Part shown: one piece after another, positions 41,732-54,732 of the stretch
Position numbering within the stretch: position 1 is the first letter of the stretch
Layout of the letters: the number at the start of each line of letters is the position of its first letter
DNA from: Octopus vulgaris
Taxonomy: Eukaryota
Length of the DNA: 64,000 nucleotides
Assembly (NCBI GenBank): GCA_951406725.2
Contig: OX597830.1
Coordinates: 43,648,001 to 43,712,000 of the forward strand
Direction of reading: 5' to 3'
Program-made: the position numbers and the translations under genes
Notes under the pieces: generated by a model
The model's input: only the letters and a program-made list of their open reading frames with translations
Told to the model about the DNA's origin: nothing
Database searches by the model: none

Positions 41732-42281
41732 CATCATCATCATCATCATCGTTTAACGTCCGTTCTCCATGCTAGCATGGGTTGGACAGTTCGACCGGGG
41801 ATCTGAGAAGCCAGAAGGCTGCACCAGGCTCCAGTCTTATCTGGCAATGTTTCTACAGCTGGATGCCCTTCCTAACGCCAACCACTCCATGAGTGTAGTG
41901 GGTGCTTTTTACGTGCCACCTGCACAGGTGCCAGGCGAGGCTGGCAACGGCCATGGTCGGATTGGTGTATTTTATGTACCACCGGCACGGAAGCCAGTCG
42001 AGGCGGTGCTGGCATCGGCCACGAGTCGGATAGTGCTTTTTACGTACCACCAGACCAGGGATCCTGGCTGGTTCAATTCGATTTCGATTTCGCTTTCCCC
42101 AACATGTCTTCGCAAGCAAAGGGGGTTGGCATGGGTGCCTGTCGTACAGTCGGATTGGTGTATTTTACGTGCCACCGGCACAGAAGCCAGTGGCAGTGGC
42201 GCTGGCATCGGCCACGAGTCGGATAGTGCTTTTTACGTACCACCAGACCAGGGATCCTGGCTGGTTCAATTCGATTTCGAT
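41731..42281 (-). mobile_element. Young RTE 3' UTR with a ~130-bp internal duplication
   Basis: (cat)n tail; 41958-42089 is repeated at 42150-42281. Confidence 0.85.
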
Positions 42282-42289
42282 ATATATAT

Positions 42290-45020
42290 ATTTCATGAGG
42301 TGCATGGGGACCATGGAATTGGTTCCTGAAATGAGGAGGGAACAAGGTTGCTGGAGTTCAGTGAAGCAAATGACCTTATGATGTGCCACACCAACTTCAG
42401 AAAGCCAGCCAGTAACCTGATAATCTACAAATCCAGTGACCATTCAAGTCAAATTGACTACATTCTCACCAGAAAACAGGATTCATTATTGCTCTTAAAT
42501 GCAAAGGCCTTTTCTAATGAAGAATGTACCCCTCAGCATAGCTTACTCATTAATGACTTCAAGCTAAAGGCGCAAAGAACCCAAGAAGCAAGCCAGTTTG
42601 GAAAAGAAGGATCTGGAAGCTTAAGGATCCTTCAAATAGTCAGAGGTTTAGGGACTTCCTAACTGAAGTATTTGATGAGAAGCGGGGGGGGGGTGTTACA
42701 GACTTGCAATAAAGAGGATAACTGGAAGTTTGTAAGAGACAACTTGCTAAGAGCTACAGACTAAATTTGTGGTTGGTGCAAGGCCCCAATCAGGCCTAGG
42801 ATGACATTGGCGGTAGAACAATGTAGTTGGCAAGGCCAGTAGAGCAAAGAAACAGGCTTGGAAAGAATGGAAGTGTCCAGGTAGCAAGGAGCTGTATCAG
42901 GCAGCTAGAAGGGAAGCTAGGAAGCAGGTATACTTAGCCAGGGGTAAAACAGAAAGGATGAAGTTTGCAAATGTTCTGCAGCATGAGGACCAGTGACTTG
43001 AAATATTTTGATTTGCAAGACAATGTGTCAGGGAAAATTGTGATGTTGTGGGAGAGAAGTGTGTTCACATGGATGATGGTTCACTAGTGATTCTGCAAAG
43101 AAATAGTCTTGAAAATTCCACTATGAAAGGCTACTAAATGTTGAGAACACATGGGAGAAGGAGAGTCTGCCCAAGGTAGAACCATCAGAGGGACCAGCTA
43201 TCTGAAGACAGTAGCTTGGTAGACAAAGCCAGGCGAGATATGAAGATGGGGAAAGCCCCAACCCATCAGGAATAACCCCTGAGATGCTTAAAATATTTGG
43301 TGGTGCAGGTTATGGTCTCATCCCCTGTACAGTCTATCAGGTTGTATACAAAGGAGTCATACACAATGACTGGTATAGCAGTGAACTGCTACAAAGATAA
43401 AGGTGAAGCCTTAGATAGAAATAATTACAGAGGTATCAGATTGTTGGATCAGGTGATGAAAGTCATGGAGAAGGTTGTAGCCCAACTAATTAGGGAGAGA
43501 GTTAGTCTAGATGAGATGCAGTTTGGTTTTGTGCCAGGTGGAAGCACCACTGATGCTATATTTCTAGTGAGGCATGCTGACATGGAGAAAGCCTTTGAAA
43601 GGATTCCCTGTTCCCTTATCTAGAGATCAGTGCAGAAACTAGAGATAGACATGTGGTTGGTGAGAGCTGTACAAGTCATGTACCGGGATGCAGTCAGTCA
43701 GGTGAGGGTTGGCAACAATTATAGCAATGAATTCAGGGTACAAGTAGGTGTTCACCAAGGATCAGTCCTCAGCACCCTCTTGTTCATCATAGTCCTCCAT
43801 GCAATAACCGAGTAATTTAGGATAGTCTACTTCTGGGAGCTCCTTTATGCTAATGACCTTGTTCTTGTAGCTGAATCACTACCAGAACTAGAGAAGAAGT
43901 TTCAGGTGTGGAAGCAAGGTCTAGATTAGAAGACCCTTAGAGTTAACCTAGCAAAAACCAAAGTTTTAGTAAGTAGGAAAGCAGACAAATCACAAATGCC
44001 ACCAGGTAGATGGCTCTGCTCTATCTGTAGGAAAGGTCTAGGTAGAAATTATATAAGATGTACCCAGTGCAAGCTATGGACACACAAGAGATGCATTAAT
44101 ATCAGAGGAAGGTTAACTGGAAAAATAATTTTCATGTGTGGAAGGTGCACAGGTACATTAAATACTAAAAGAGTACAGAAAATAGACTCCATCAACTGCC
44201 AGGTGGGGTAAGCTAGAAGTAGTTGATAGCTTCCATTATCTAAATGACCAAGTCAGTAGTGGAGGTGGATGCTCTAAGAGAATAGCTGCAAGAATAAGAA
44301 TAGGTTGGGCAAAGTTCAGAGAACTCCTGCCTTTATTGACAACAAAGGATCTCTCCTTCAGACTGAAAGGCAGACTGCATGATGCCTGTGTGTGAACAGT
44401 TATGCTACATGGCAGTGAAACATGGGCTGTAACTGCCGAGGGCATGCGTAGGCTTGCAAAAAATGAAGCTAGGATGCTTCGCTGGATGGGCAATGTCTTT
44501 GTGCATGTACAACAGAGTGTATGCATCTTCAGAGAAAGATTAGGCATAAGAGGCATCAGACATAATGTGCCTGAGAGACACATTATGGTCATGTGATGTG
44601 TATGGATGAGGACAGATGCATAAAGAAGTGCTAATCTCTAACTGTGGAGGGAACCTTTGGATGAGTTAGACATAGGACGAGGTGGTGAAGCATGATCTTC
44701 AACTGTTGGGCCTCACAGAAGCAATGACTAGTGACCAAGGCCTTTGGCAATATGTCATGCTTAAGTGGAAGACTCATGAAGCCGAGTGAAATTGTAGTCA
44801 TGGCAGATAATGGTGTCACACAACTGGCATGTAAAAGCACCCATTACACTCTCAGAGTGGTTAGCATTAGGAAGGGCATCCAGCCATAGAAACCACACCA
44901 AATCATACAAGAGTCTGATGCAGCCCCTCAGCTTACCAGCTCTGGTTAAACCATCCAACCCATGCCAGCATGGACAACGGACGTTAAATGATGATGATGA
45001 TGATGATGATGATGACGATT
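42290..45020 (+). mobile_element. Older decayed RTE LINE, from endonuclease to tail
   Basis: Collinear with 3860-6860: SQIDYIL, NYRGIRLL, QFGF, GVHQGSVLS, LYANDL, PHD-like finger, (GAT)n tail; many stops. Confidence 0.92.
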
Positions 45021-46026
45021 ATGATAAGGATATATGTATGTATATATGTATGTATGTGTGTGTGTATGTACGTGTGTGTGTGCATGTATATGCGTGTGTA
45101 TGTGATTATGTATGTTCGTCTCGCATCACTGCTTAATTACCCGTACTAAATTGTGTATGCCCTCCCGTAACTTAGCGGTTCAGCAAAACGGATTATGCAA
45201 AATCCGAGTACTTTAATTGTCCAACCTGGCATAATGAAAAACAGGAAAAAAAAATTGAAGTCGACTGCATAAGACTGCAACTCACGGCAGAAACGATTCA
45301 GCTGAACATTTTTACTTTTCCCTGATCTCTTTATAATAAATAGCTGTCACGTGTGTTTGCATTTTTGTGAATCCTTGTATATGTGTGTAGGTGTGGGTAC
45401 ATATGAACGTCGAGATTCCGGTTTCATACCCTCGCAAACTTTCCTTTGTTTGGGATAAGACTACATATCTATTTTGCTCTTGATGACCATCGTGACATTT
45501 CCTCCTTCTCACGTCATATCTAGTTTTTCTTCCTTCGTTTCCTTTTGTATCTACATATAATGCTATATGTGACACTCTCTCTCTCTGTTTACTTATCCCT
45601 CTATCTACTTGTCAGTGTGCGTGTGCGTAAATGGGTGTATATTTGCACGTGTGTATATTTACACGTGCGTATTTATAAACAAGTATGTGAACGTTTCTAT
45701 TAATTTCTCTCTTCTCTTTCTCTTCGTTGCCCTATTCTCTGATTGTTTCACTGTTCTCTGTCAAACTCATTCCCCTTGTATTTCTCAGCCCTCTTCAACC
45801 CACTTTACAGCTTTTAAAAGTTCATCTCATTTCTTTTTTTATCGAAGAACTCTTTTAATCAGTCACCTTTTCTCACATGTCTATTCCATTTTATTATTTT
45901 ATTGAATCAATTTTAGCCTACGCAGATCCTCAGTTATGTTTTGCTTGAATTCATTAATGAATTTGGCAGTTTTATTAATGATGGTATGGAAATAAATCGC
46001 TAGGGGTGTCTTCTACATAAAGTACA

Positions 46027-46760
46027 GGATCTTTTCTTTTTGAACGGCAGTTTTTCTAGTTAACTAAACAATTTCTAGTTAACTAAACAGTTTTAAACTT
46101 CGTATACTGGTAGAATGTGTCAAAATAAAACATTTTTTTCTCTTGGCTTTCTTGAGAAAATTGTAATTTGTAAGTTTAACGTAGTTTAATTTTTCGAATC
46201 CTATGCCCTCTATTGATGTAAAATCATTTGCTGCGTCTAAAACAGACATCTTGTCACTAACCCTAACCCTAAATTTTAGTCTTTCGTTTTTTTTTTCTTA
46301 ATTGTTAAATTAATTTAAGGATAACAATTAAGAAAAAAAAAAAACTAAAGCAATGGAAAATAATTTTAATTTAACAATTAAGAAAAAAAAACGAAAGCAA
46401 AAACTCAAAACAAAAACAAAACGAATAATTTTAGACACACGCGTAACAATTGAATTAATTCAACAAAGAAAAAAAAACGAAAGGCTAAAATTTAGGGTTA
46501 GGGTTAGGGTTAGGATGAGGGTTAGTGACAGGATGTTGTCTCAATTTTAGACGCAGCAAATGATTTTAGCTCAATAGAGGTAATCGATTGGTTAAAATTC
46601 GAAAAATTAAACTACGTTAAACTTACAAATTACAATTTTCTCAAGAAAGCCAAGAGAAAAAAATGTTTTATTTTGACACATTCTACCAGTATACGAAGTT
46701 TAAAACTGTTTAGTTAGCTAGAAATTTTGTTGAAAACTGCCGTTCAAAAGGAAAAGATCG
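46027..46760. mobile_element. Merlin-like foldback MITE with internal TTAGGG repeats
   Basis: Ends ggatcttttc..gaaaagatc, long inverted arms, 8-bp TSD aaagtaca. Confidence 0.8.
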
Positions 46761-46859
46761 AAAGTACATATTCGTAGATGAGGCATAACATATTAGATGT
46801 AATAAAGCAGTATTAAAAGAATTATCGATTCAGTTTACGTTCGGAAGGACTGAGCCATT

Positions 46860-47040
46860 AACCGCGAAATTCTCGTCAGCGTTGGCAGCTCGCTTCACAG
46901 AGGTGTCAGGTGACGCCCGTGAGGGCACTTAGCTTTCCCGACGCCTTAGTCTTGCCACCGACCGTGGTAATGCTGCGAGCGTGCTGGCTTGCTTTCAAGT
47001 AGGTTCCGTTAAACCTTGTGGTGTGCGACCAGTTGCTGTA
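46860..47040 (+). mobile_element. Short 3' fragment of the CRE-like family
   Basis: Matches 23205-23380 (gttggcag..gtgtcaggtga..ccgtgaggg..ccttagtcttgcca). Confidence 0.7.
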
Positions 47041-50000
47041 ATAAAAGTAAAATCCTCACAAAAGGTTTCCAATACAGTTTTAACAGAAAGATTTGGAAGA
47101 ATTAGATGCAAGTTCGGCATGACTCCACCCCCACCCCCACACCCCAAAAAACCACCCTTAAAAAAAAATTTTTTATTCGATACAAATCCCTTTTTCGACT
47201 ACGGGGGGAATACGAATCTGCAAAAAAATTGGCAAAAATCGACATTTCTAAATTACCACCCCCACCCCCATTTCCTTCATTTTAAACTTTTTTCATAACT
47301 TTTTTTTTTTTCAAAATATGCGGAAAAATACGGACATCAGGATTTGAACAAAAATTTCAAAATATTTCAGTACTTACAGTTAGGGTTTTAGGGTTAGGGT
47401 TAGGGTTTTAGAGCTAGGGTTGGTGTTGGGGAAAAAGTCAAAATTGAAGAAGTTAGTGAGGAAAGGGGGGGGGGTTCACAATGTCGATTTTTGGCAATTT
47501 TCTGGAACCTCCGTATCTGAAAATGGGGATTTTTGGCAAAAAAAAAAAAAATTACAAAACTAAACAAATTAGGGAGAAAATGGTGGGAGGGGACAAGCGG
47601 AAGTCTTTCCAAAAGTTCTCCAGTCATTTTTTTTTTTTCGTGTAAATAAATGCGCGGAGGTAAGGAATACGTACACCACCCGTTTTCGGCGTAACAAAAA
47701 CCCAAATCCTAACCCTAATCTTAAACCCTAAATCTTAACCCTAAACACCGTGTCTTTCGCCAATAAGTTTTTATGTTAGTTTAAAAATTTGCCACCAAAA
47801 TCTTTTAAATGTTCTAAAAATAAAGAAAAAATTACAAATTGATTTTATCAAGTCATTTTCAGTTCCCAGATCAGCTCTAAGTGAACATGCTGTATGTATG
47901 TGTGCGCGCCCACCAACATTTTCGCATTAAATTCCGATGTAATCATAATCTACCTACACCATAAGAAAGGTATTTGTACAAAATTTCTTTAAAGAATATT
48001 CCATTATTTCTGAAAGTTATGAGGAAACAAAATCGGATAGGGGACACACTTGAGTATGCAGGCTACTTTTGGTTTTCATTATGCAATTTGTCGTCCCTTT
48101 TTAAAGACTAATTTCAAGGAGAATAATGGAGTCTCCCTACAGTCTAAACCTGTTACCTCTGAATATTCCATCAATCTGATTTTCTTTAGTAAGTAACTGA
48201 TGTTAGTCATTGCACTGCAACCATACTGGGTTTCTTTACTCGTTTATATTACCCCCACTATTCATCTCAGTTTGCTTCTTTATCCATTCCTATTTGGCGA
48301 ACTGCTAAGTCACTGAGCAGAAAGACACACTATAAACTCACTCATACACATACATACACGTAACGATGAAGTTTAATAACAAGATACATCTCATAAATGA
48401 ATGAGGAAGAACAACATAAATTGCTTTTTATGATGGCCATTATTCAATATGATTGTTATGTTAGTCGTTATAATATAGAAAATACAACTTCTTCGATAGT
48501 TTGTGTAGATGACTTATTTGTTGTTGTAGGAAACAAATTGTCTTTAGTTCTGTGTCTTTTGTGTCTGGTAGCTAGCTTCATCTGTGAGTTAGTTCTAAAG
48601 AGAGACAGAGTGATAAAGTCTAGATAAGTAGAGAGGGTGATAAATCCACTTCTACGTGTTGATGAGCATACTTAAAGATTGCTCTTTGACTAGACATCGA
48701 CCAACTCAGTGAGAAAGAAAGCTATTGCGTTTCATATATTTATATTCTTGGTGACTAAATTAGGTCAAGCGAAAACAAAGGGACTCTCCTCTCGAATCAA
48801 TTTTGACCGATGAATGCCTCGAGAAAGATCAAGAGATCAACTTATTCTTATAAATTGCTTAGTACAAGAAACTAAAACAATAGGCCGAGGACTCGTAGTT
48901 AAAAGTGGATTCAATTTTGAATCCTAGCTAAGCTATTATCTGTTGGCTAAACCATAATATACTGACATCTATAGGCAATATAAGTTGAATTGACTATTGA
49001 CCATAGGCTGAAATAGCTGTAAGGAGCAGTTTATTTGTATTATTTTTATTATTATATTACATATTGATTTATAATGTTTTGTTTGATTTTGATGTTCCTA
49101 TTTGCATAATTAATTGCTAATGTAAAATTGTAATATCCGTAAGTTGATGAACGAGATGAATTTGTTTCTCCATTTTCTTATTTGTATTATGAATTTACGG
49201 TAAAAATATTTTTTACCTTCACCCATTTAATACAATAAATGAATTAATTGCATTGCAATTAAAAGCATTTATGTATTAAGAATATGGGTACTTTACCAGC
49301 AGTATATTGGATAACTGATATCCCATAGTGGGTTACATTCATAACCCCTATCTTACTTTGTACTATATATATATATATATATATATACGTACACACACAC
49401 ATACATGCACACAAATACACACATACATATACTGATTAAGGTGTAGGGAGCGACGGGATTCCCGAAAGATGGCAAAACTAGCTCATATGACACTGAGATA
49501 TCTGCTGACGATACGGAAGAGTCTTCAGCATTTGAATGGATTTAGAAAGAAGCCTTGCAAAACCTCTGGGTAGCTCCTACAGCTTCTGCATAGACACAAC
49601 ATCTCTGATGTCTATTTCTATATTTCTTTCTACCCCGCGCTCTCTCTATCTCACACATACACAAACACACAAAGAGAGAAAAGAACATGGACTTGAATTT
49701 AGCATTCCTTTATTACATCTATTACATATGTTTCATTGTTCGGCAATAGATGAAGTCATGCTAAAAATGCAATGTATCTCATAAGTACAGCTTTCACAAT
49801 CAAGACAGGACACTCTCTCAGAAAGACGGAAAATACGGGTCAAAATGCAACGTTAGGTGTTTAATGTGGTTAATTCCTACACGTTTTCTCTCTCCGTCTT
49901 TCTTTTCTTTTCTATTTTTTTTTTTGTCCTTCTCCATTTCTTTTTTCATCTCAATCCTTTCTGGGGAAGAGCGTTGGCTCAAAACATCAAAGACTTGTCC

Positions 50001-50253
50001 ATTCCATAAATATATGCACGCACGCACACACACACACACACACACACAATGTAGGTACTTAGGGAAAATCTTTTTTTTCTCTCCTTGTTTTTTCTGCGTC
50101 CCTTTCTGTAGAAGAGCGTAGGCTCGAAATGTAAAAGACTTTTTTTCTATTCCTGAGCGTTATACTAATACATCTGTTTGTTTTGTAGACCACCTGTCTT
50201 CGTCTTCTGTTTTTTTCGTAAACTCTCCGTATATATATATATATATATATATA

Positions 50254-52427
50254 CTAGCAGAGATATTCGGAGTTGCTCGGGATTAAAATGGCATAATTTG
50301 TATATATATATATATATATATTACAGTTATGTTGAAACAGATGATATAGAAAAGTACAATATTGACGTCAACTCATTTGTGGAGTAAATGGTTGGCTAAT
50401 TCGACTAAGCGACATGTCATGCGCCTGTTTTGAGGATCCCAGGCTCATGGAAAATTGGTGGCGGGGTATGTGATTTTTGAACGCACTGAAAAGCTGTCAG
50501 TGGATATAATCTCCGTTGCGGCGGTCGGCGCTGCATCAAACACAACTCATCATCTGATGTTTTGACATCTCCTTCGGGTCTGTTGTACATCACCCATAAA
50601 GTAAATTTGGAGGAACTTTTGGTTATTTGGAGTGACAGGGAACCAATGAGGTGACAGACTTGCTCTTGAATTTTGAACGTCAGCGTAAATCTATGTTCAG
50701 CTATCTCCATAGATGCAGCAAATGATGTCATTTGAAATGCAGAGTTGTATTGAGTGACATTGTTAAGAAAATCCTTTGACTGGATCGAACTGTCTTCCAG
50801 AAGATCCATTAGTGGCTGAGGAAGAACTGGTAGTGCTAGCAATCTTACCTGACCACCTGAGCAGCGCATGTCATTAGTTTCATTTGGAAATTTTAAAGCT
50901 TTGCAGAAACGACAATTTGAGTTTAGCGCACCGGTTTGGACAGAATTATCATTTTTATAAGAAAGAAATGGATCATATCTGAAAGCAGCTCCAGGAGTTG
51001 TGAAGAACGAATTTGAACCTACTTTGTTTCTGAGAACTGTTCTATTGGACCCCTGTCTAATCATTAAAACGTTCTATTAATGATTCAGCATTAAGTGCTG
51101 CAGCATGCGTTTGCTGATCTTGAGAAAGTCTCATCTCCTTTCCATAATGAGACGCCATTTGACGCGCTGTAGCATACCTTTACTGATCTTGAAAAAGTCT
51201 CATCTCCCTTCCGTATTGAGACGCCATATTACATGCTTCTCCGTTGAGACCCTCGCCTTCGGTTTTCAGTAGTCCTCCTTGCTTTATACTTGTTTCTGGA
51301 GAGATTACGTCTTTTCTTTGGTGGCATATGTTTTTCAATATTGTAAATAAAAAACTATGAACATAGAAACAATTATACATTAATCTTTAATTTTTGTAAG
51401 CAGTTGTATGCCTTTATTTTTGTATGCAGTGTAAATTAACCAAATATAAGCAAATTAGCCAAATAGAAGCACACATATGAACTGCCAATTTAATGGTAAA
51501 TGTCCTAATAATTATTATAGATAAAGGATCTTTTCACTTTGACCGGCAGATTTTTAAAATAATTTCTTTGTAACTAAACGCTTTTAAACTTCGTATACTG
51601 GTTTTGTGTTACATAAAACATCTTTTTCTCTTGGCTTTCTTGTGAAAATTCTGTAGTTTGTAAGCTATTTCTTGTTAAATTTCTTGCATTTCGGCAATTT
51701 CAACCAATCAATGACGTCTATTGAGGTGAATACAATTTCTGCGGTTGTTTGTCAATGCGGTGTCAGATAAACAACCGCAGAAATTGTATTCACCTCAATA
51801 GACGTCATTGATTGGTTGAAATTGCCGAAAAATGCAAGAAATTTAACTAGAAAAAGCTTACAAACTACAGAATTTTCTCAAGAAAGCCAAGAGAGAAAGA
51901 TGTTTTATGTAACACATTCTACCAGTATACGAAGTTTAAAAGTGTTTAGTTATAAAGAAATTATTTTAAAAATCTGCCGGTCAAAGTGAAAAGATCCTAG
52001 ATAAACTGCTGATTATACATATATATATCAAGCACATGTACTAAATGTTAATTTAAGGGTTGGTATGTAACCGTAAATACCTTGCAACTGCTGCGATAAT
52101 TATTAACTGGTAATTGAACGGGAAATGTGTATGGATGTAAATGTTTCATTTATTTCAAATATAATAGAAATAAGATGATCTTTGTGTTATCACATTAGAA
52201 TTAAAAGTGAAAGAATAAAAGTGAAACTATTATTTTGTGACACGTAATACCGAACCAGTCAAGAAGAATTCTCTGGGCCCGCGTTAGGCAAGAAGTTGAA
52301 TATCTTTTAGCCCATGACACTCCATGGACCCTAAGTAATGCATGTATAAAATTTGAATGAAACCGGTTGGGTACTTTTCGAGTTTTAGGGATTCACACAC
52401 AGACATGCTCAATTTTATATATATAGA
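50254..52427 (-). mobile_element. Non-autonomous Helitron with a Rep N-terminal remnant and a nested MITE
   Basis: 5' A|TCTATATATATAAAA at 52427; 3' cccgagcaactccg..CTAG|T at 50254; ORF 50417-51064 has CRFCKALKF..CSGGQVRL..FLNNVTQYNSAFQMTSF..FKIQEQVCHLIGSL. Confidence 0.9.
51526..51997. mobile_element. Merlin-like foldback MITE, almost wholly palindromic
   Basis: ggatcttttcactttgaccggcagatt at both ends; 8-bp TSD tagataaa. Confidence 0.85.
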
Positions 52428-52716
52428 TAGACCTTTGTGCCTAAAATATATAAAGTTTTTTTTTGTCAAACTTTCTACATTGCTAGTTTTCTTTTCCTTC
52501 ATTTTCTACTTCAGTACTACAGCGCTTCAAGCTAACTACAATGTTCTTATTCACACACACACACCTTTATGTATGCCCGTGTATATATGCATTAGACAGA
52601 CAGACAGGCAGGCAGGCAGACAGACAGGCAGACAGACAGACAGATAGATAGACAGATAGATTTTGGTGTTGGTTGGAGGCACACAACTTGCAGATACAAG
52701 TACTAGCAGTTGTAAG

Positions 52717-53141
52717 GGATCTTTTCGGTTTGAACGGTAGTTTTTAACATAATTTCTAGGTAACTAAAAAATTTTTAACTTCGTATACTGGTAGAATGTG
52801 TTTATAAAACATATTTTTCTCTTGGCTTTATTGAGAAAATTCTATAGTTTGTAAGATATTTGTTGTTGTTTGTTTTCTTCAATTTCTGCAATTTCAACCA
52901 ATCGATGACGTCCATTGAGGTAAAAACCATTCTGTGCCGTATGAATATGTCCCTCGTTTAAGAAACAGATTGGGTTTATTTACATTTGTGAAGAAAAAAA
53001 GATACCCTTCCCCTCACCCCTAACCAACCCTAAACCTAAAACAGATTGAAATGCAATAGCTCGATACTAGGGTCATAATTATGGGCGACAATTTCATATG
53101 ACACCGCTAGAAAAAACTGCCGTTCAAACCGGAAAAAATCC
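52717..53141. mobile_element. Merlin-like MITE with short TIRs
   Basis: ggatcttttcggtttgaacgg..ccgttcaaaccggaaaaaatcc; TSD gttgtaag/gttgtatg. Confidence 0.75.
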
Positions 53142-54732
53142 GTTGTATGTCCCGCATACCACACGCTTATGAGATCACCAGAAGATTCTAATAAATTTTA
53201 TTCGCAAAGCATTAGTGAACGTCTGTAGTAAAAAGACTTGACTAAGATATCGAGCAGTGGTGATCGAACACGAAACAACAGTGCTGCGAAGCGACATACA
53301 GTGACTCTGATACACACACATAATTGATGATCATGTCCAAGTATCCTACTTTAGATCAGAAATCGGTAAACTTTTTTGGAGGCGCACGAAATTAGATTTT
53401 TTTTTTTCGTCTGACGAATTTTTAAAAATGTACTGAAACATCGAAAAAAAACAGTGGATAAACTCAGAATGACGATACTGGATCAGCCAACTACACTCAG
53501 GGAAGATCAGCGATCAACTGCTACAAACTCAATTACGGACCAACTGCCGACCATAAAACGACAAATAAAACTGAAGGGAAATAAATTAATGCTGTGCTCC
53601 AGCATAGCCACAAGCCTACGACTGAATTCATTAAAAGAAAAGATTAAAAGAACGATCGTAGAAATACGTTGTTTTTCAGTTTTTAAATGACAACTGCTTC
53701 ACATTTAATAGTTTAAAAAGTGCCACATTATGAATGACACGGCTTTCGGTAAAAAAAAAAATCCAATATCTTAATTTCAGCTTGGGTGCGAATGAGATAT
53801 GAACTGGTTTACTGTTTTCTTCAGCTGATAAGAAAACATCTTTTGTTGCTCCCACATTTCTTAACTATTCACGTAACCCTTTTTTTTTTTTTTTTTTGCA
53901 ACAATGTTTTAGACGCTGTAAGTTTTTGTTGTCGGTCGTTCGCAGGAATGTGAAGACATAACTTAAAATATCTCGTCTGGGGAAACTAATTTTTTTTTTA
54001 TCAAATGTCTGTCTTTCTTTTTCCTTTCTTTCCTATCTATACAGAATATCGATTCACTCGACGCTACTACAAATATCAGATCTTTTGCTCTATTTTGACT
54101 AACCAAAAAAAAAAGATAAAGAAAAGAAATTTTTTGTTCACAATTCGTTAAAGTCGGTGTGCCGGATCTTCCAGTTTGGGTAATAATGATGTCGTGGCTG
54201 GTTGGTTATATGCACGTGAGACTTTGTATGAATGATGTAACAACACCAAGCAAATATTTAACAGTAACTTTTATTTCACCACACAAGTAATATATAAGTT
54301 GGTCATGAATTATAAAGTTTTAACATCAAGTCATCATAATTAAAGGAATAATTCCGGAGCCTTCATAATTGGTTGATTGCTAAAGCTCTGTACTGAAGCT
54401 TAGCAAGACAAGAGTTAGTATAGAGGTTTCATTTCGGCCAGCCAGATAGTTAGAGCCAAGCTCTGAGCTAACAGACGTGAAAACGACTATTATTATTAAG
54501 GCGAGAGAGAGAGCGCGTGTAGCTGGTTCTCAAGTTAACACGCCCTCTGAAAATTGGCGCTAAAACTGACCTTGAAAATATCGAAAGCTAGCTATGTGAC
54601 ATTATGCGGTTAGTCAAAATAAATTAATTAAAAAAAAAAACAGAAGAAACCCGAAGTCATTCATGCAAATCACCGAAGTGATCTGTGATGTCAACTGCCT
54701 GTAGGCCATCTGACCTGGCTGGCAAGAGAACA

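Noticed and set aside
45312-45575. 87-aa ORF and possible donor at the CpG boundary
   Set aside because: No recognisable protein; it runs into microsatellite sequence.
46492-46513. (TTAGGG)n as a telomere or chromosome fusion scar
   Set aside because: Very short and internal to a TSD-flanked MITE.
49950-50145. gagcgtaggctcgaaa hammerhead-like hairpins
   Set aside because: The CUGANGA core is absent, so no ribozyme call is made.
54233-54601. Possible solo LTR (TG..CA)
   Set aside because: No matching 4-6 bp TSD and no second copy in the window.
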